From contig SMSO01000035.1 in the NCBI GenBank assembly GCA_004764695.1, positions 1,736,001 to 1,800,000 on the forward strand: a stretch of 64,000 nucleotides of DNA. The letters are read 5' to 3'. Below the pieces are notes generated by a model. It was not told the DNA's origin, ran no database searches, and worked only from the letters and a program-made list of their open reading frames with translations. The translations under genes and the position numbers were made by a program. This DNA is from Schizochytrium sp. TIO01. Lineage: Eukaryota > Protista > Bigyra: Labyrinthulomycetes. Below, one piece after another: positions 21,087 through 32,893 of this stretch; positions within the stretch are counted from its first letter, which is position 1, and every line of letters begins with the position of its first letter.

Positions 21087-21654
21087 ACAGCATAAAATTC
21101 TACTTTGTGAGATGTTGATGAAGATTGCAACGAAGTGTAAAGCACAGGCGAGATAGTTAACCTTTTTGCTCTTCTGTTAGCATATTTGACTAGAGGTGTA
21201 GATCTATTTTCTCGATTAAATGATAAGCAATCGCTAACTTCTCATTTTCTTTTTTCTCGTTTTGTGCGACTGAGGGCTAGAATAAACCTTCTAACTTAGA
21301 ATACTGCGCCATCAAAGTGACTCACTCCTCAGCGAGACCCACCACCTGGATAGCAAGAACAACAAAACAAAAGCATAATTTTATTAAGATAAGTGAAAGT
21401 AATGAAATCTTACACCATCAGCACGGGTTCCAAGGTCAGGTTGAGAATTTGGCTGCACGATAATCAACTCTTTTTTTGAGTAAACTTTATTCAAGGTCTT
21501 CTTTCCCGCTGAGTGATCAATTTAAAAATCAACAATAATAGGAATATATCAATTAACAACCATAAGAACTCACAATTGGTGATCTGCTAAATGCTGTTTC
21601 ATCATCTTTCTATTGCAGTCTGGACTCTCATAATGAATCACTTATGAGGAATAA

Positions 21655-23157
21655 CTAGTCAATAGCGACGTATTGACGTTCTTCTTCTTCTTCTTCTTCT
21701 TGTGAGTCCTCATCTTGCTCATTATTTCTTTCTGAAGCATCAGCGATGTTTGAATCCTCAGTATTGCTGAGGTGGTGATGCCGGTGAGCATGCGGTGGCT
21801 TCAAGAGGTCAGGGTGAAAATGAGGCCACATCGGAAGATAGAAAGCAAACTGAAGGATCCAAAATACAAATGCTGCTGCATAGATAGTGCATGTTCCAGC
21901 AGGTCCATCAGAGACACCAATTAAGCTACCAGCGATGACACGCGCAAGAGACATTGTCATAAAAAGAATAGCTTGGAACTTGCCCTGCTTTCGTGCACCA
22001 AGAAGTTTGCTGAAAAGACCCATGTTACCGGGCACTTGTCCAAAGGTGCCAAAACCCCAGAGCCCAAGAGTGATGCACAAAATGACTGGAGTGAGTTGGT
22101 GGGAGTGGGAACATCCAGCATAAATTGAAAACAGGAGTAAGGAGATTCCAACGAAGGTTTGAAAGCTGACAAATACACTTCGGTCACTCAGGTGATGCAA
22201 GTTCCGCAGCAAGAGCGGGAGGCCGACAAGTCCAACAACACTGGTTCCCATAAGCAAAACACCATTCATACGCTGGCCCCAGCCAAAGTACTCGTATGTG
22301 ACAATAGGAAGGCCCCATTGCACAACTAGCTGATTGAAACTATTTTGAGAAGATGTCACAAAAGTAACCCATGCACCTGTCTGTCTGAGAACCTTGGCCA
22401 TATCGACAAGCTCATATACAAGACTGCGAACACCGAAACATATTTTGCCGAGGATGGACTTCTTCCCCTCAAGAGCTTCTCCAAGCTCAGCATCTTGGGC
22501 TGGTCCTCCGAGAAGAGAGCTCTCGATGCCATCTATCTCAAGATGTGAACGATCAGGTTCTTGGAAGAACTTCACATGGATGAGGAGGCTGATCACATTA
22601 AAGACCATCAAAGCATAGCCACAGTAAGTGTATGAGTTAAATGCTGTGCCCTCGTGTGGTAAAACCGTCAGGAGCGAACCTAAGGCTGGGGCAACCACTG
22701 TAACTACATTGTAAACCAGCACCGTGATTCCAGAGAATTTGGTTTGCTCTCCAGCAGCAGCTGCGCCTGCAAAAGCCATGGCAGCAGAAATAACACCAGT
22801 GCTCGCGCCAAGGATGAATCTCGATAATAGAATAAACCAAAGGGCTTTGAAGAGGCCAGCGAGTGCGTATACAAGACCTCCAACTACTCCCAAGAGAAGA
22901 GAACTTTTAAATGCACTCTCGAATGAGACGTAGTCTGCAAGCAAACCGAACAGCGGCAAACCCAGAATTCTTCCCACAAAGAATAGAGAAATAGCTTGAC
23001 CATAGACTGCTCGTGAACCGTCTAAGGATCTGATGTATTCTGACATAGATGGGGAGACCAATGAAGCATCAAGAGCATCCACCGCCTGCAAAAGCCACAC
23101 ACACATAAAGTTGCGGAATCGCTGCCGATTAGCGTCTACTTCCGAAGATGAAGACAT
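21655..23157 (-). CDS. Major facilitator superfamily transporter (MFSD8/CLN7-like)
   Basis: About 12 hydrophobic segments, motif A-like FGLLADYVS, SRFILG, FNSYTYCGY (MFSD8-like), LFSKLLGARKQGKFQ. Confidence 0.88.
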   Translation of the reverse strand: MSSSSEVDANRQRFRNFMCVWLLQAVDALDASLVSPSMSEYIRSLDGSRAVYGQAISLFFVGRILGLPLFGLLADYVSFESAFKSSLLLGVVGGLVYALAGLFKALWFILLSRFILGASTGVISAAMAFAGAAAAGEQTKFSGITVLVYNVVTVVAPALGSLLTVLPHEGTAFNSYTYCGYALMVFNVISLLIHVKFFQEPDRSHLEIDGIESSLLGGPAQDAELGEALEGKKSILGKICFGVRSLVYELVDMAKVLRQTGAWVTFVTSSQNSFNQLVVQWGLPIVTYEYFGWGQRMNGVLLMGTSVVGLVGLPLLLRNLHHLSDRSVFVSFQTFVGISLLLFSIYAGCSHSHQLTPVILCITLGLWGFGTFGQVPGNMGLFSKLLGARKQGKFQAILFMTMSLARVIAGSLIGVSDGPAGTCTIYAAAFVFWILQFAFYLPMWPHFHPDLLKPPHAHRHHHLSNTEDSNIADASERNNEQDEDSQEEEEEEERQYVAID

Positions 23158-24125
23158 TTTCGAGAGGCGCTTGAGTAAAGTTTGTCGATGACTGACAGTA
23201 TTTGAAGTCCAACTTAGAACAAACGCAATGACCTGAACTCGATTCTGATTGAGTTCGGTTGTGAAATCCTAGCTTGACTGCAAAAAAATACACCACAGAG
23301 AATTGTGGGAATACGTCTCTCTTGCGAAGCCTGTTTAACTCCTCGAACGCCCCCTTATAAGACGTGCCAGAGTTATAGATTTGATGAATGGACTGACGCG
23401 ACAATGGTTTTCATTTAATAAGTTGTGACGCTGATCTCGCACTACTACTAGTGGGTACCTAGTAGATAGCACTCTAATAATTATCATCCTTACTATCTAC
23501 TTACTATAGTAGGTTTCATACTATTTCTATTGCTCTGTGCAAGATCGCGAGATCCAAGACATTGAGATCTTTATCAGGTTTTGGTTCGTGGCTGGTAGGT
23601 TTGTACGTATCTAGTTAGCCTCTCTGGGCCCAAGGATTTGGGGAGTTCTGCAGCGTGAATTAAGATTTTCGAGTGCGTGTAAAAAGATGTGTAAAGATCG
23701 CCCTCTCACAACGTCTACTGTGGGTCTGTACAAGTTTGGAGACGTAATTACAGGTAATGAGCAGTCGGTGCTGTTCGTAAAACCAACTGAGATTTACGCT
23801 CATCAAAGAACTCTGGAAGAGGGCGCTGCAGCATGTACAAGCTCCCTAGAACTAAATTGGGCGTTTCATTATTAGGTATAGAGCTAGCATGGTTCGTTGT
23901 TCGTTGGATGAATTAAACTGTTGCGGATAATGAATAAGAGTCTAAGACTATTTGGTAGACTGGAATAAATAAGCTCATTGCTCTGATAGATATCATAAAC
24001 GCATATGGGCAAGGCTGGAAGGCGTAGAGTGGCCGAAGTTAGAGTAAGAAAGACATGAAGACGTGACAATGAGATAGATTTTAAAAGGGTAGAGTAGTGT
24101 GAAACAAGGGCTAATGGGTAGTAGG

Positions 24126-25535
24126 TTATTCTTGGCGACAAGACGATCCTGCACCTGCTGTGCAACCATAACAGTGCTTGCGTGTGACAATAGCAATATC
24201 ACGGAGTTCGTCAGTGTTGTCGAAGTCAAAAACTGTAAGTCCAACCTTTTCTCCCAGCCGAAGGTGAAGTTCAAGCTGCTGGTTAAAGTCACAATCGAAG
24301 ACCTCGCCGGTGGGTCCCACGGACAGATATTTGCGGCACATAACCTTTTCGGCAGCCTCAGGGTTGTAGGCATTGACAAGAATAGACATGTACTCCTCAA
24401 GACGATCCTGTTCACGCAAATAATCATAAAAGCGGTTCAATGGCATGTTGGTAATACAATGGAGATCATTGAAGACAATGTCAAACTGGCCCTTGAGCAC
24501 ACGTTTGTAGTCACCAATCAGGTTGGTCTTATTTGGTGGCAAGTGAATTCCTGTGGGGTTATAGACAAGGTCCAAATGCAAGCCAGTGCCAGGTTTACCA
24601 TAGCCAACTGCATTCAAAAGCTGGAGACCTTTGATGCTACGCTGGAAAATTTTGTCACCACGCTGTTTGTTAACATTGTCTTCGAGGTAGCAAGGTAGAC
24701 TAGCAATGACTCTAACCTTGTGTTTAGCAAGGAAGGCAGGAAGGTCATCTTGGTGAGGCTCGAGCAGCACAGTTAAATTGCAGCGGTCAATGACCTCTTT
24801 GCCAAGCTTGGTACATTCTTCAACGAGGTAGCGGAACTCGCGATTGAGCTCTGGAGCACCACCGGTAAGATCAACGACATTGATGCTAGGGGACTTGCGG
24901 ACAATGTCGATACACTTGTCGGCAATTTCGCGCGTCATCATTTGCTTGCGCAGTGGAGAACTGTCGACATGACAGTGCGTGCAGGCCTGATTGCAGTAGA
25001 AGCCAATGTTGAGCTGCATGACTTCAATAGCCTCGCGGTGAAGCTTGACACCCGATTCGCGAAGCTTGGCAGAAAATTTGGGAACGTGTTCCATGGCTTC
25101 AAGATCATGGATTTTCTTGGCCTTCTCCTCAGTGGTGTATGGCCTTACACCTGTGGATTTCATTTCCTTCAGAGTTGCAGGAATCAGCGATTTGCCCATC
25201 ATATCCTCGATATCAGGGATCGCATCTGTGCCTTCGCTGTTGCCATCATCATCTTCTTCTTCCTCTTCTTCAATCGTGTAATCGCTGTCCACATTTCTAG
25301 TTTCTACAGAGCTCGCAGATTCGGTCTCATGCAAGTCTTTCTCTGCGGTCTTAGCGTCCGTATCCAGCTCTACCAAAGACTTCGAGACAGAAACCACCTT
25401 GACTTTCTGTTCTTGCGAAGCTTTATACAAATGAGCTCCAACAAACATACCAGCGCCTACAGCAACTAAAGCCACACTCGCAGCAAGAATTGCATTCTGC
25501 CTTCCGGCGCTATCTGCATGCGCCGAAGCACCCAT
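24126..25535 (-). CDS. Radical SAM/Cys-rich protein, arsenosugar-biosynthesis ArsS family (DUF3641), with N-terminal hydrophobic anchor
   Basis: QLNIGFYCNQACTHCHVDSSP (CxxxCxxC), DLTGGAPELN, IDRCNLTVLLEP, IASLPCY, DCDFNQQL, C-terminal HCYGCTAGAGSSC. Confidence 0.92.
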   Translation of the reverse strand: MGASAHADSAGRQNAILAASVALVAVGAGMFVGAHLYKASQEQKVKVVSVSKSLVELDTDAKTAEKDLHETESASSVETRNVDSDYTIEEEEEEDDDGNSEGTDAIPDIEDMMGKSLIPATLKEMKSTGVRPYTTEEKAKKIHDLEAMEHVPKFSAKLRESGVKLHREAIEVMQLNIGFYCNQACTHCHVDSSPLRKQMMTREIADKCIDIVRKSPSINVVDLTGGAPELNREFRYLVEECTKLGKEVIDRCNLTVLLEPHQDDLPAFLAKHKVRVIASLPCYLEDNVNKQRGDKIFQRSIKGLQLLNAVGYGKPGTGLHLDLVYNPTGIHLPPNKTNLIGDYKRVLKGQFDIVFNDLHCITNMPLNRFYDYLREQDRLEEYMSILVNAYNPEAAEKVMCRKYLSVGPTGEVFDCDFNQQLELHLRLGEKVGLTVFDFDNTDELRDIAIVTRKHCYGCTAGAGSSCRQE

Positions 25536-27399
25536 CTCCGAACGCAGAATCGAAACTCACGAGTAGCCTTCACTCAGCTGCCTGCCAAGACTACGTTAGC
25601 AAAGTTCGTGTGGAGAGTAACCCACCGAGAGAGTCGAGCCCAGGTACCGCGAGTTCTGGCGTCTCCGCGATTCGGGTTTGGCGATACTGCTTGCGGTCGC
25701 AGCCCGCAATTAAAAAGTGAAAAGTATTCTTCTTCTTGTTCGGCAATATTAAAAACCCCTTTGAAAGCTTCCTAGACTATATAATGTGCCGCAGCGGAGG
25801 GCATAATGATCCAGACATATCCAAATTTCGACTAGTTGGGCGTTGCTCTTTGAAGGGAGTCCTGGATGAGTCTGATTGTGGAGATTTTATTTTATTCCTC
25901 ACACGTCATCGTCATCAATCCATTCAGGGCGTCAAACATATCCATTGGAATAAAGTAGTTAATTTCATGATAAGAGAGGTGCTACGTAGCTGAGGAGGGA
26001 CGGTGCAGCAACGGTGGCGAAAAGGTCTGCATGAACTGTAATTGATGACAACTGTGATCCTTAAAGTTAAGGGAAGTCGATTGTGAAGCGTAGATACAAG
26101 ATAGAAACGAGACAGCATGATCAATTAGCCGCTATTCTGAGAATGTTGCTCAAGCTGATGCTTCTTTCTCTTTGCTTGGTCACGGAAGCTTTATTACATA
26201 GGATTTGGTTTTGTGAATAGGGAGGGGCAATACCGATTTTGAAGGCCTGCCTATCCGTGTCATACTCGACTCGCACTAAGTTCTTAGAATAATATGGCCA
26301 CACTTCCAAAGAAAAAAATTCGAGAAAATGAATCAACCGCAGGTTACTAAAGTAGCGTACGAACATTACGCATGAACAACGTTATAAGAGTTTTCAACGT
26401 GCGAAGATACTGGGCCGTAGTTTTTTTTTGTTTTTTCTGCCAATTAATATTTGGATACACAATATACTTTCTAGGAAGCACTAGAGAAGCCTTGCACGCT
26501 TGCTGCAAAGTTAAAAAGTACGATCACGTTTTATTTTAAGCTGTAGAATTCAAGACTTGACTAGGCTTCATTTGACTCTTGAAGAATTTCATATTCGTAT
26601 GCCATGCAGACGCTTCAAATTTCCATTCTACAAATCTGTCGTAAGACAATTGGATTGGACCAATAGTGTTTTGTTTCGAGAACAAAAGATTAAACACGTT
26701 TTAGCCAAAATAGAGTTGTCTCGCATAACAATAAATCGACAAACTAGTGGCAAAGTGTCCTGTGCACTGCTATTTGTCACAATGCGTATAATGTTGACAT
26801 CACGGTGCAATATATCCCCTCCTCCGGAAAATTTGTGATTAGAAGGCCACTTTCAGCAGAGTAAGTGAAACGCTTTGAATTTTAGAGCTGCTGATAATAC
26901 ACGATATTAGGGCAATCAGTACATGGAGAATTCTAGAACCTTGATCAGCCTAGTATCAACTTTTAAACTGACAATTACTAGTCTACAATTCACTGGACTA
27001 CCGGCTGGCCGTTAGTGCCTATATTGAAATTGTAAATATAATACCTTTTTGACGAGCATGTCCTTACGCAATTCATTGAGCCTCTTTAGTTATGTTCCAG
27101 TATTCGATCCTCAGAAAATATGCCCTCCATACTCCTGCAATCTTAATTAAAATTAGAAATGAGTTGTTTAGGTGATACTAAATTTAGTAGGCAGTTCGGA
27201 ACGATAAGATTCTAATTCATAATTTGCACAGATGAAAAATACCACAAATCTTTCGAAACTACTCCGTGTTTTGCGTTGTGGAAGTTGCAGTGCTATATTT
27301 TCGACAATGCTCGTGTACAATGTCAGTGGTTTGACATGCTCATGCTCATACTCATTTTCATTCCCAACCAGGAAGAGTCTATAGATTTACATTCGAGCA

Positions 27400-28045
27400 C
27401 AAAATCATTGTTAGAGGTTGCCGTGGCTGCTCATCTGGACCTTGCCCAAGTTTTACTCACCCTTCGCATGGGTATGCTTTCAGTGCTGTTGCGCAAGATG
27501 CGCTTTTCTTCTCGTCGCATATGACTTCTTCCTGGACCTTCATGTTCTCAGGTTCATTATTCAATTACTTGCCAATTGATTCTTACACTTCTTCTTCTTC
27601 TTCTTCTTCTTCAGACCTGGTGCATCTTCTTGTGCCGTGCTCATTTCCCTTCTGCCAGAACTCGACGGCCTGTCTGATGAGGTCCATGTGGCGGCGCTGG
27701 TAGGAATAAACCTCGGCAACACGCCCGTTTTGGAGGACCTGATTGCGCTTGGGAGGCTACTCTCCCTACTTGTAAGCGGGCGTCCCAGGATCTTGGCGGC
27801 TTCGTCGATGTGGCTGATGAACCCATTCGGGTCTTCAGCATTCATGATCATTGGAACATTCTGCTGCTGCTGCTGCTACTGCTGCTGCTGCTGCTGCTGC
27901 TGCTCCGCCAATGCACACTGCTCGCGCACATCTTCGTTTCATGATAACTCCTGCTCCTTCACGATTTTTCCCTCTCCGTCTCTCTCTTCCCAAATCTTGA
28001 TTCGTTTATTGTTTTTAACCCCTTTCACAGAAACTCTCAATATTT
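27400..28045 (-). pseudogene. Decayed gene relic resembling Bro-N-associated proteins of large DNA viruses
   Basis: Minus-strand translation through stops and one frameshift: ...NNKRIKIWEERDGEGKIVKEQELS*NEDVREQCALAEQQQQQQQQ*QQQQQNVPMIMNAEDPNGFISHIDEAAKILGRPLTSRE / E*PPKRNQVLQNGRVAEVYSYQRRHMDLIRQAVEFWQKG...EEEEEEEV*. Family assignment is from recalled motif similarity only. Confidence 0.55.
27861..27903. repeat. (CTG)n tract, poly-Q on the minus strand, interrupted by one CAG>TAG
   Basis: ctgctgctgctgctgCTActgctg... Confidence 0.9.
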
Positions 28046-28088
28046 AAACAGAAATCAAGTTCATGAGGAGAAAGTTTTGATCTTTCCA

Positions 28089-28121
28089 TAACAACAACAA
28101 CAACAACAACAATAACAACAA
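28089..28121. repeat. (AAC)n microsatellite
   Basis: Read directly. Confidence 0.85.
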
Positions 28122-29344
28122 AAATCCTGTAATCCTAATATTAGTTAATGGTACCAGGTCCTACAAGAAAGTTAGTTACCTTTGGATAGCCAACAAACAC
28201 TTATTTTAATGATTTATTTTTCAAGCGCTCGGTAGGAATAGAAACTAAAGACGAAAAGGGTCTCAAGCTCGAGGAATGCAAAGAAAGCCATTAGGTCTTA
28301 GGTATGATACGAGTTTTAGCTGCTTCAGTGTGCTGCAGATTCGTGCAAATTCAAGTGCATAAAATACACACAGTTCGCTCGAGATCACACATCAAAGGCG
28401 AGTTACGAGGCGCCCAAAAAAACGGCATTCAAATCAAAAGTATCAAAGTTGTACAACTCCTCAAATACGCTGAGAGAAACTAGAAAATAAAGAGGTAAGT
28501 TACAAAAAGAACACACCACAATTAACCTCTGATAATGCCTATTAGTCGATACCTCATGGCTGTTCTCTCATGAACATAGGTTGTTCCAAAAGTATTGATA
28601 ATCTGAAAACAAGAAAGAAAGAAAAAGAAAATCAAGGGAAAAGAAGGATGTCTGATAAATAAATATATTCTTTTTAATACTAGATAATAAGAGATACCTA
28701 GGCAAAAGAAAGAAAGAAAGTTAGAAAGTTCGAAAGAAAGAAAGAAAAACCTCTCAACAATGCATCATCTAGCTAGAACATAGTACCGAACAGGCGTAGA
28801 AGAACAAAATTAACCAGTTTTAGTTGAAGCAAGTAAGTTCGAAAGAAAAAAAGTATTCTTTCGTCCTTCCTCCTCTCTTGCTCTCTCTGTGAAGACAGAC
28901 TCCTTTCGAGCCAATTGCTATCGTTTAGGTTATTAGGCACGTAGGGTGCCACGATAGTTATTCGATTCTGTTCTTTCCTTTACGAGACAGACAATTCCAT
29001 GGATAGGAGGTGCCTAGGCACTTATCTACCAATACTTCGATACCAAGTGGATGGCTCCTTGCCACTGCTAGATAGCACTTGCGGAGAACTCTAGCAGTGG
29101 GGTAAAAGAATTCGAGGAGGCTTCCTCTGTTTTCTGGGCTTTCTTTCTTTCCTTCTTTCCTTCTTTCTTTCTTTTGGCTGTCTGTCTTCTATAGCCTGCC
29201 TTCGTTGTTTGTGCTTGGTCTCTGCATGTTTCTCTGTGCGCTTCTTCTGCCACGCAAATGCCTGCAGAGAGAGAGCCGCTGTGAAGCAGAAACCCAATCA
29301 GAGAGAGCAGAACTTGACTTGAGTTGGGCCTCTTTCTCCCTTTG

Positions 29345-29387
<43 letters not shown>

Positions 29388-29414
29388 ATCTTTCTTTCTA
29401 TCTTTCTTTCTTTC
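29345..29414. repeat. Compound (TCTA)n/(TCTT)n microsatellite
   Basis: Read directly. Confidence 0.9.
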
Positions 29415-30149
29415 ATTTTGTTTTTGTTTTTGTTTTTCCCCGTCAAGTCGGATAGAGCAGTGCATAGGTGGTTAGAAGCTGTGTATGTGCCGCGATAGAC
29501 GAGCTGTGTAGCTGGAGATGGAGAGAGAAAGGCAAACCCGCGAGTGGAGGTGCTTCTCTGGAGAGAAAGGAAAGAGAGCGCAGCGCTATTCCCACTCGCG
29601 CCCAGACAGAAAGAGAACGAATGCCTGCCTGTGTCTCACATCAAGCGAGAAGGACAGGTAGGGGCGACTTTCCTGTTGTTCTTCTTAAGTATTTTCACCT
29701 GTCTATCTATCTACAAACTCTCACAATACATACAACTCATAGAGAAAGAAAGCCATCGATCAAAGAGGAGGAAAATTCAAAGATGAAAACAAAAACTCCT
29801 TTCGAGGAGAAAGGAAACGATTTGAGGAGAACAGAGAGAGAGAAAAGGAGAGAGAATGAATGAATGCATTCATGCATAGAGACTATGATTCACGTAGCGT
29901 AGGAGTACCGTAGGACCCTCCTACCAACTACCTACCTCCCTGCCTACCACCTCTGTGCTTAGTTAGGCCAAGAGTTAGGAGAGGAGAAGGAAAACCACTT
30001 TCCTTTTTTCTTTTCTTAGGCTTAGAGTAGTAGATAGAAGGCGCCTAGTGATAATAGGAGGGAGAGAAAGAAGAAGAAAAGTTTAGTTTAGTTTAGAGAG
30101 GTCGAAAAAAGAAAGAAAAGAGAGGAAAGGGAGAAAGAGGGAGAGAAAA

Positions 30150-30265
30150 AGCGGCTGCTGCCAAACTACGCCGCCTGCGCAGTCCGCTTCGCCGCCGCTT
30201 CGCGCTTCGCCCCTGCGCTGCGCCGCATCGGCTCGACGACGACGCCTTTAGCGAGGCGCTCTTGG
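30150..30265 (+). promoter_or_regulatory. GC/CpG-rich putative core promoter following a purine-rich tract
   Basis: Abrupt CpG-rich island with repeated CGCTTCGC after AG-rich sequence, about 700 bp upstream of the 30946 ORF. Confidence 0.4.
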
Positions 30266-30467
30266 TGCTACTCCCGGGTACCGTCGCCTCTGTCCAAATC
30301 GCCTGCCTTCTCGCTGTCGCGGGACGGGACCCGATCGGCCAGAGAGAGAGGACTCTCTGCGGCAGTCCGAGCTCTCGAGTCCTTCCTCCTTCAAAGGACC
30401 ATTCTCAAGTAGAGCTGCCTAGCTACCTACCCCACGGCTCCTCGGGTTGTGCGCAGGGCCAATCCTT

Positions 30468-30744
30468 GTGAGTCCTCACTACTCCACGCGGTCTCCAAAG
30501 GTTTCGTGCCGAAGAAGTTGCGAGCTCGCATATAATCAACCTCTTGAAAGGCATCTCGTGTTATTACTAAAGAGCGCTGTTTTTTGTTTTTTTCCTCTGC
30601 TATATAAATCATCGTTGGGATTTTGCTCTTTCGTAAATTTTCGCGAGGAGAATCACGAACGAAGGCTACGGGTCTGGCCAGATAACACCTGCGCTGAGAG
30701 TTCAGACTGATCAGTGCATTAATTGATATACTCACTGATTTTAG
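30468..30744 (+). other. Candidate 5'-UTR intron of the orphan His/Pro-rich gene
   Basis: Donor GTGAGT at 30468, CTGAT followed by TTTAG acceptor ending 30744. Confidence 0.4.
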
Positions 30745-30945
30745 GCGACGAGTGTAATTTGATTGGGAAAGACCACAGGGACTTGCTTTGGAAAATCAAC
30801 TGACAGATTCACGCTTGAGGAAGAAACTGGATACCATTCGGGGATTAGCTAGCGAATTAGTTCACGACAACAAGGACTTTGCTTGGATTTTTGAGACTCA
30901 GGTCGAAGTGCTTGCTCCTCGCGAGCAGGCTTTGGAAAAGTGAAT

Positions 30946-31581
30946 ATGGACGCTCTGATAAGCGACCTCGTCGATGAATCTGCCATCGACGAGGCTCGTC
31001 AGTCTATCAAAAATTTGGTTAAGGCTGATGCTCATGAACGAGCTCAGCACTGCAAAAATCTGTTTCCCGCTGCTCTTATTAAGGATGGAGGCGAAATGAT
31101 CGTCCCATGTCTTGCAGTGGCTGCCGCAGAGTTGCTTTCAGGACAATCTCCTTCCAAAGCTGCTCTCAGTCGTGAGCTTGAAAAGTACCTTAAGACCGTT
31201 ATCCGCAAGGCGACTTCCTCCCGCAAACGTAAGGCCCGTGAAAAGAAGCGCAAGCAGCGTGCAGAGAAGAAAGTTCGCACCGACATGCCCTCCGGACCGA
31301 TGGACATGCAAATGCCACCGCATCACCAGATGCATCCGCAGCACCAAGTCCCTCCGCACCAGCACATGATGCCTGCCGGTGCGCCCCCGCCGCATCCGCC
31401 TGGTATGGATGCCCATGGTCACCGTGGCGTCAAGGTTGGTCGAAAGGGCGAAACTCTCAAGTCTCTTGCCGATGCAGCTGCGGTCACACTTGCCGAAGCA
31501 AGACGAGGTCATCCTTACGGAGATGATGGCCACGGCATGGCCATGCAGCATGGTCAGCACGGCCATCACGGTCACCACTGA
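30946..31581 (+). CDS. Uncharacterised basic protein with NLS-like tract and His/Pro/Gln/Met-rich C-terminus
   Basis: Clean 211-codon ORF with coding-like codon usage, helical N-terminal region, RKRKAREKKRKQRAEKK, low-complexity tail ending HGQHGHHGHH. Confidence 0.8.
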   Translation: MDALISDLVDESAIDEARQSIKNLVKADAHERAQHCKNLFPAALIKDGGEMIVPCLAVAAAELLSGQSPSKAALSRELEKYLKTVIRKATSSRKRKAREKKRKQRAEKKVRTDMPSGPMDMQMPPHHQMHPQHQVPPHQHMMPAGAPPPHPPGMDAHGHRGVKVGRKGETLKSLADAAAVTLAEARRGHPYGDDGHGMAMQHGQHGHHGHH

Positions 31582-32893
31582 TTGATCTATGCTCTTTGCT
31601 TCCACTGACTGCTTGCTATGTTTCCTCTTCACCCCTTCGGGTGGACGACCGAGTAGCAGCAATTTCTGTCCCTATCATGCATGCACATGCACCCAGCACA
31701 TCCAACAACTCTTCACTAATCCTAACAATATCATCACCAAGCTGCGTACCAAAGCACCTTTGGAACCTGAAGAACACACAGGACAGCAGCAATAAGTAGA
31801 GCCGTGAATATTCTCACCAAGCTGCAAATTACATTCTTGCCGTTTGCCGTCTATGCAATAGGTGATTTGCGCTCAAATACAAAATACCAAGTCTGGGTGG
31901 AAGGGCTATTGGCTTATTGCCCTTTTTCTGTAGGCAACGATGTTCGCATGCTTTTTCTTTGAAGGTGACTGTACTCATGTGCTGGGCGCTACTGTGGCGC
32001 ACGTGGCTGTGTCAGTGTGGTGTAAACTAAACTCTCAAGCTTCTCCTCTCTTCTCTTTCCTCTCTCTTTCGCCCTCTTTTCATGATAAGTGTTGATTCGT
32101 CACACCCCAATCTACCCGGTTGATCACGGTGATACATTAATTCAATTTCTCTATTTCCTCTCTTCCTCCCAGTATCGTACTTTCGTCAGATGAGTGGGTC
32201 AAGAAAACAATCCTGGTGTATGCTCTACTACTTTTGCGCCTGCTTGTTTCTATATCTCCTTTGGGACAATTCCACAAATAAACACTATATCTTTGCTCGT
32301 TTCTTTTCTAATTCATCATTACACGTACTGCAGTATACATGCGATTTTTTCTGGTTCTGGATTCGTGAGCTCTCTATTTTTCAGAGTCTTACTTTCAAAC
32401 TGCATTAGGCTAGTTCACAAGCTCGATTATTTGTTTTCTGCTTGCTTCAAGATTATGATTCCGAGGCTGCATGCTAAATGCCTTCTTGATTGTTAAGGTA
32501 AGTGTTAGATTCCACGCAAATCATAGGCAGTGATCTGTGATAAACGTGTTGCTTGCGACATGAATACGGTAAGCGAGTTTAAACGTGTGATCTGTAATAT
32601 GAAATAAAGTGGGTCGATCAAAGAGCAATTTATATTGTTTTCTTGTTGTTGTTTTTTTTAATTATATATTTTGAAGAGACGAAGTGGAGGAAAGGGTTCA
32701 AAATATCAAGGCAAAGAGGCAATCAAAGCAACGGACGATCGCTTTAACTACCTACTCCCCAAGCATGTCCTTGTTCGTGATCCTCTCCTTCTTAGTTTGT
32801 TGTTTGTTTTTTCGACGGGTTGCTTTCATCGTTTTGCATAGGCAGGTAGATACATCTATGTGTAAGGGTGTTGGAAAGTAAGAGAGAAAGTGC

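Noticed and set aside
23880-24128. Possible selenocysteine codon or SECIS for the radical SAM gene
   Set aside because: The relevant codon is TGT (Cys), the stop is TAA, and no convincing SECIS stem-loop is seen in the 3' region.
27637-28047. 136-aa plus-strand ORF with poly-Cys
   Set aside because: The poly-Cys is the (CTG)n repeat; the protein-like signal is on the minus strand.
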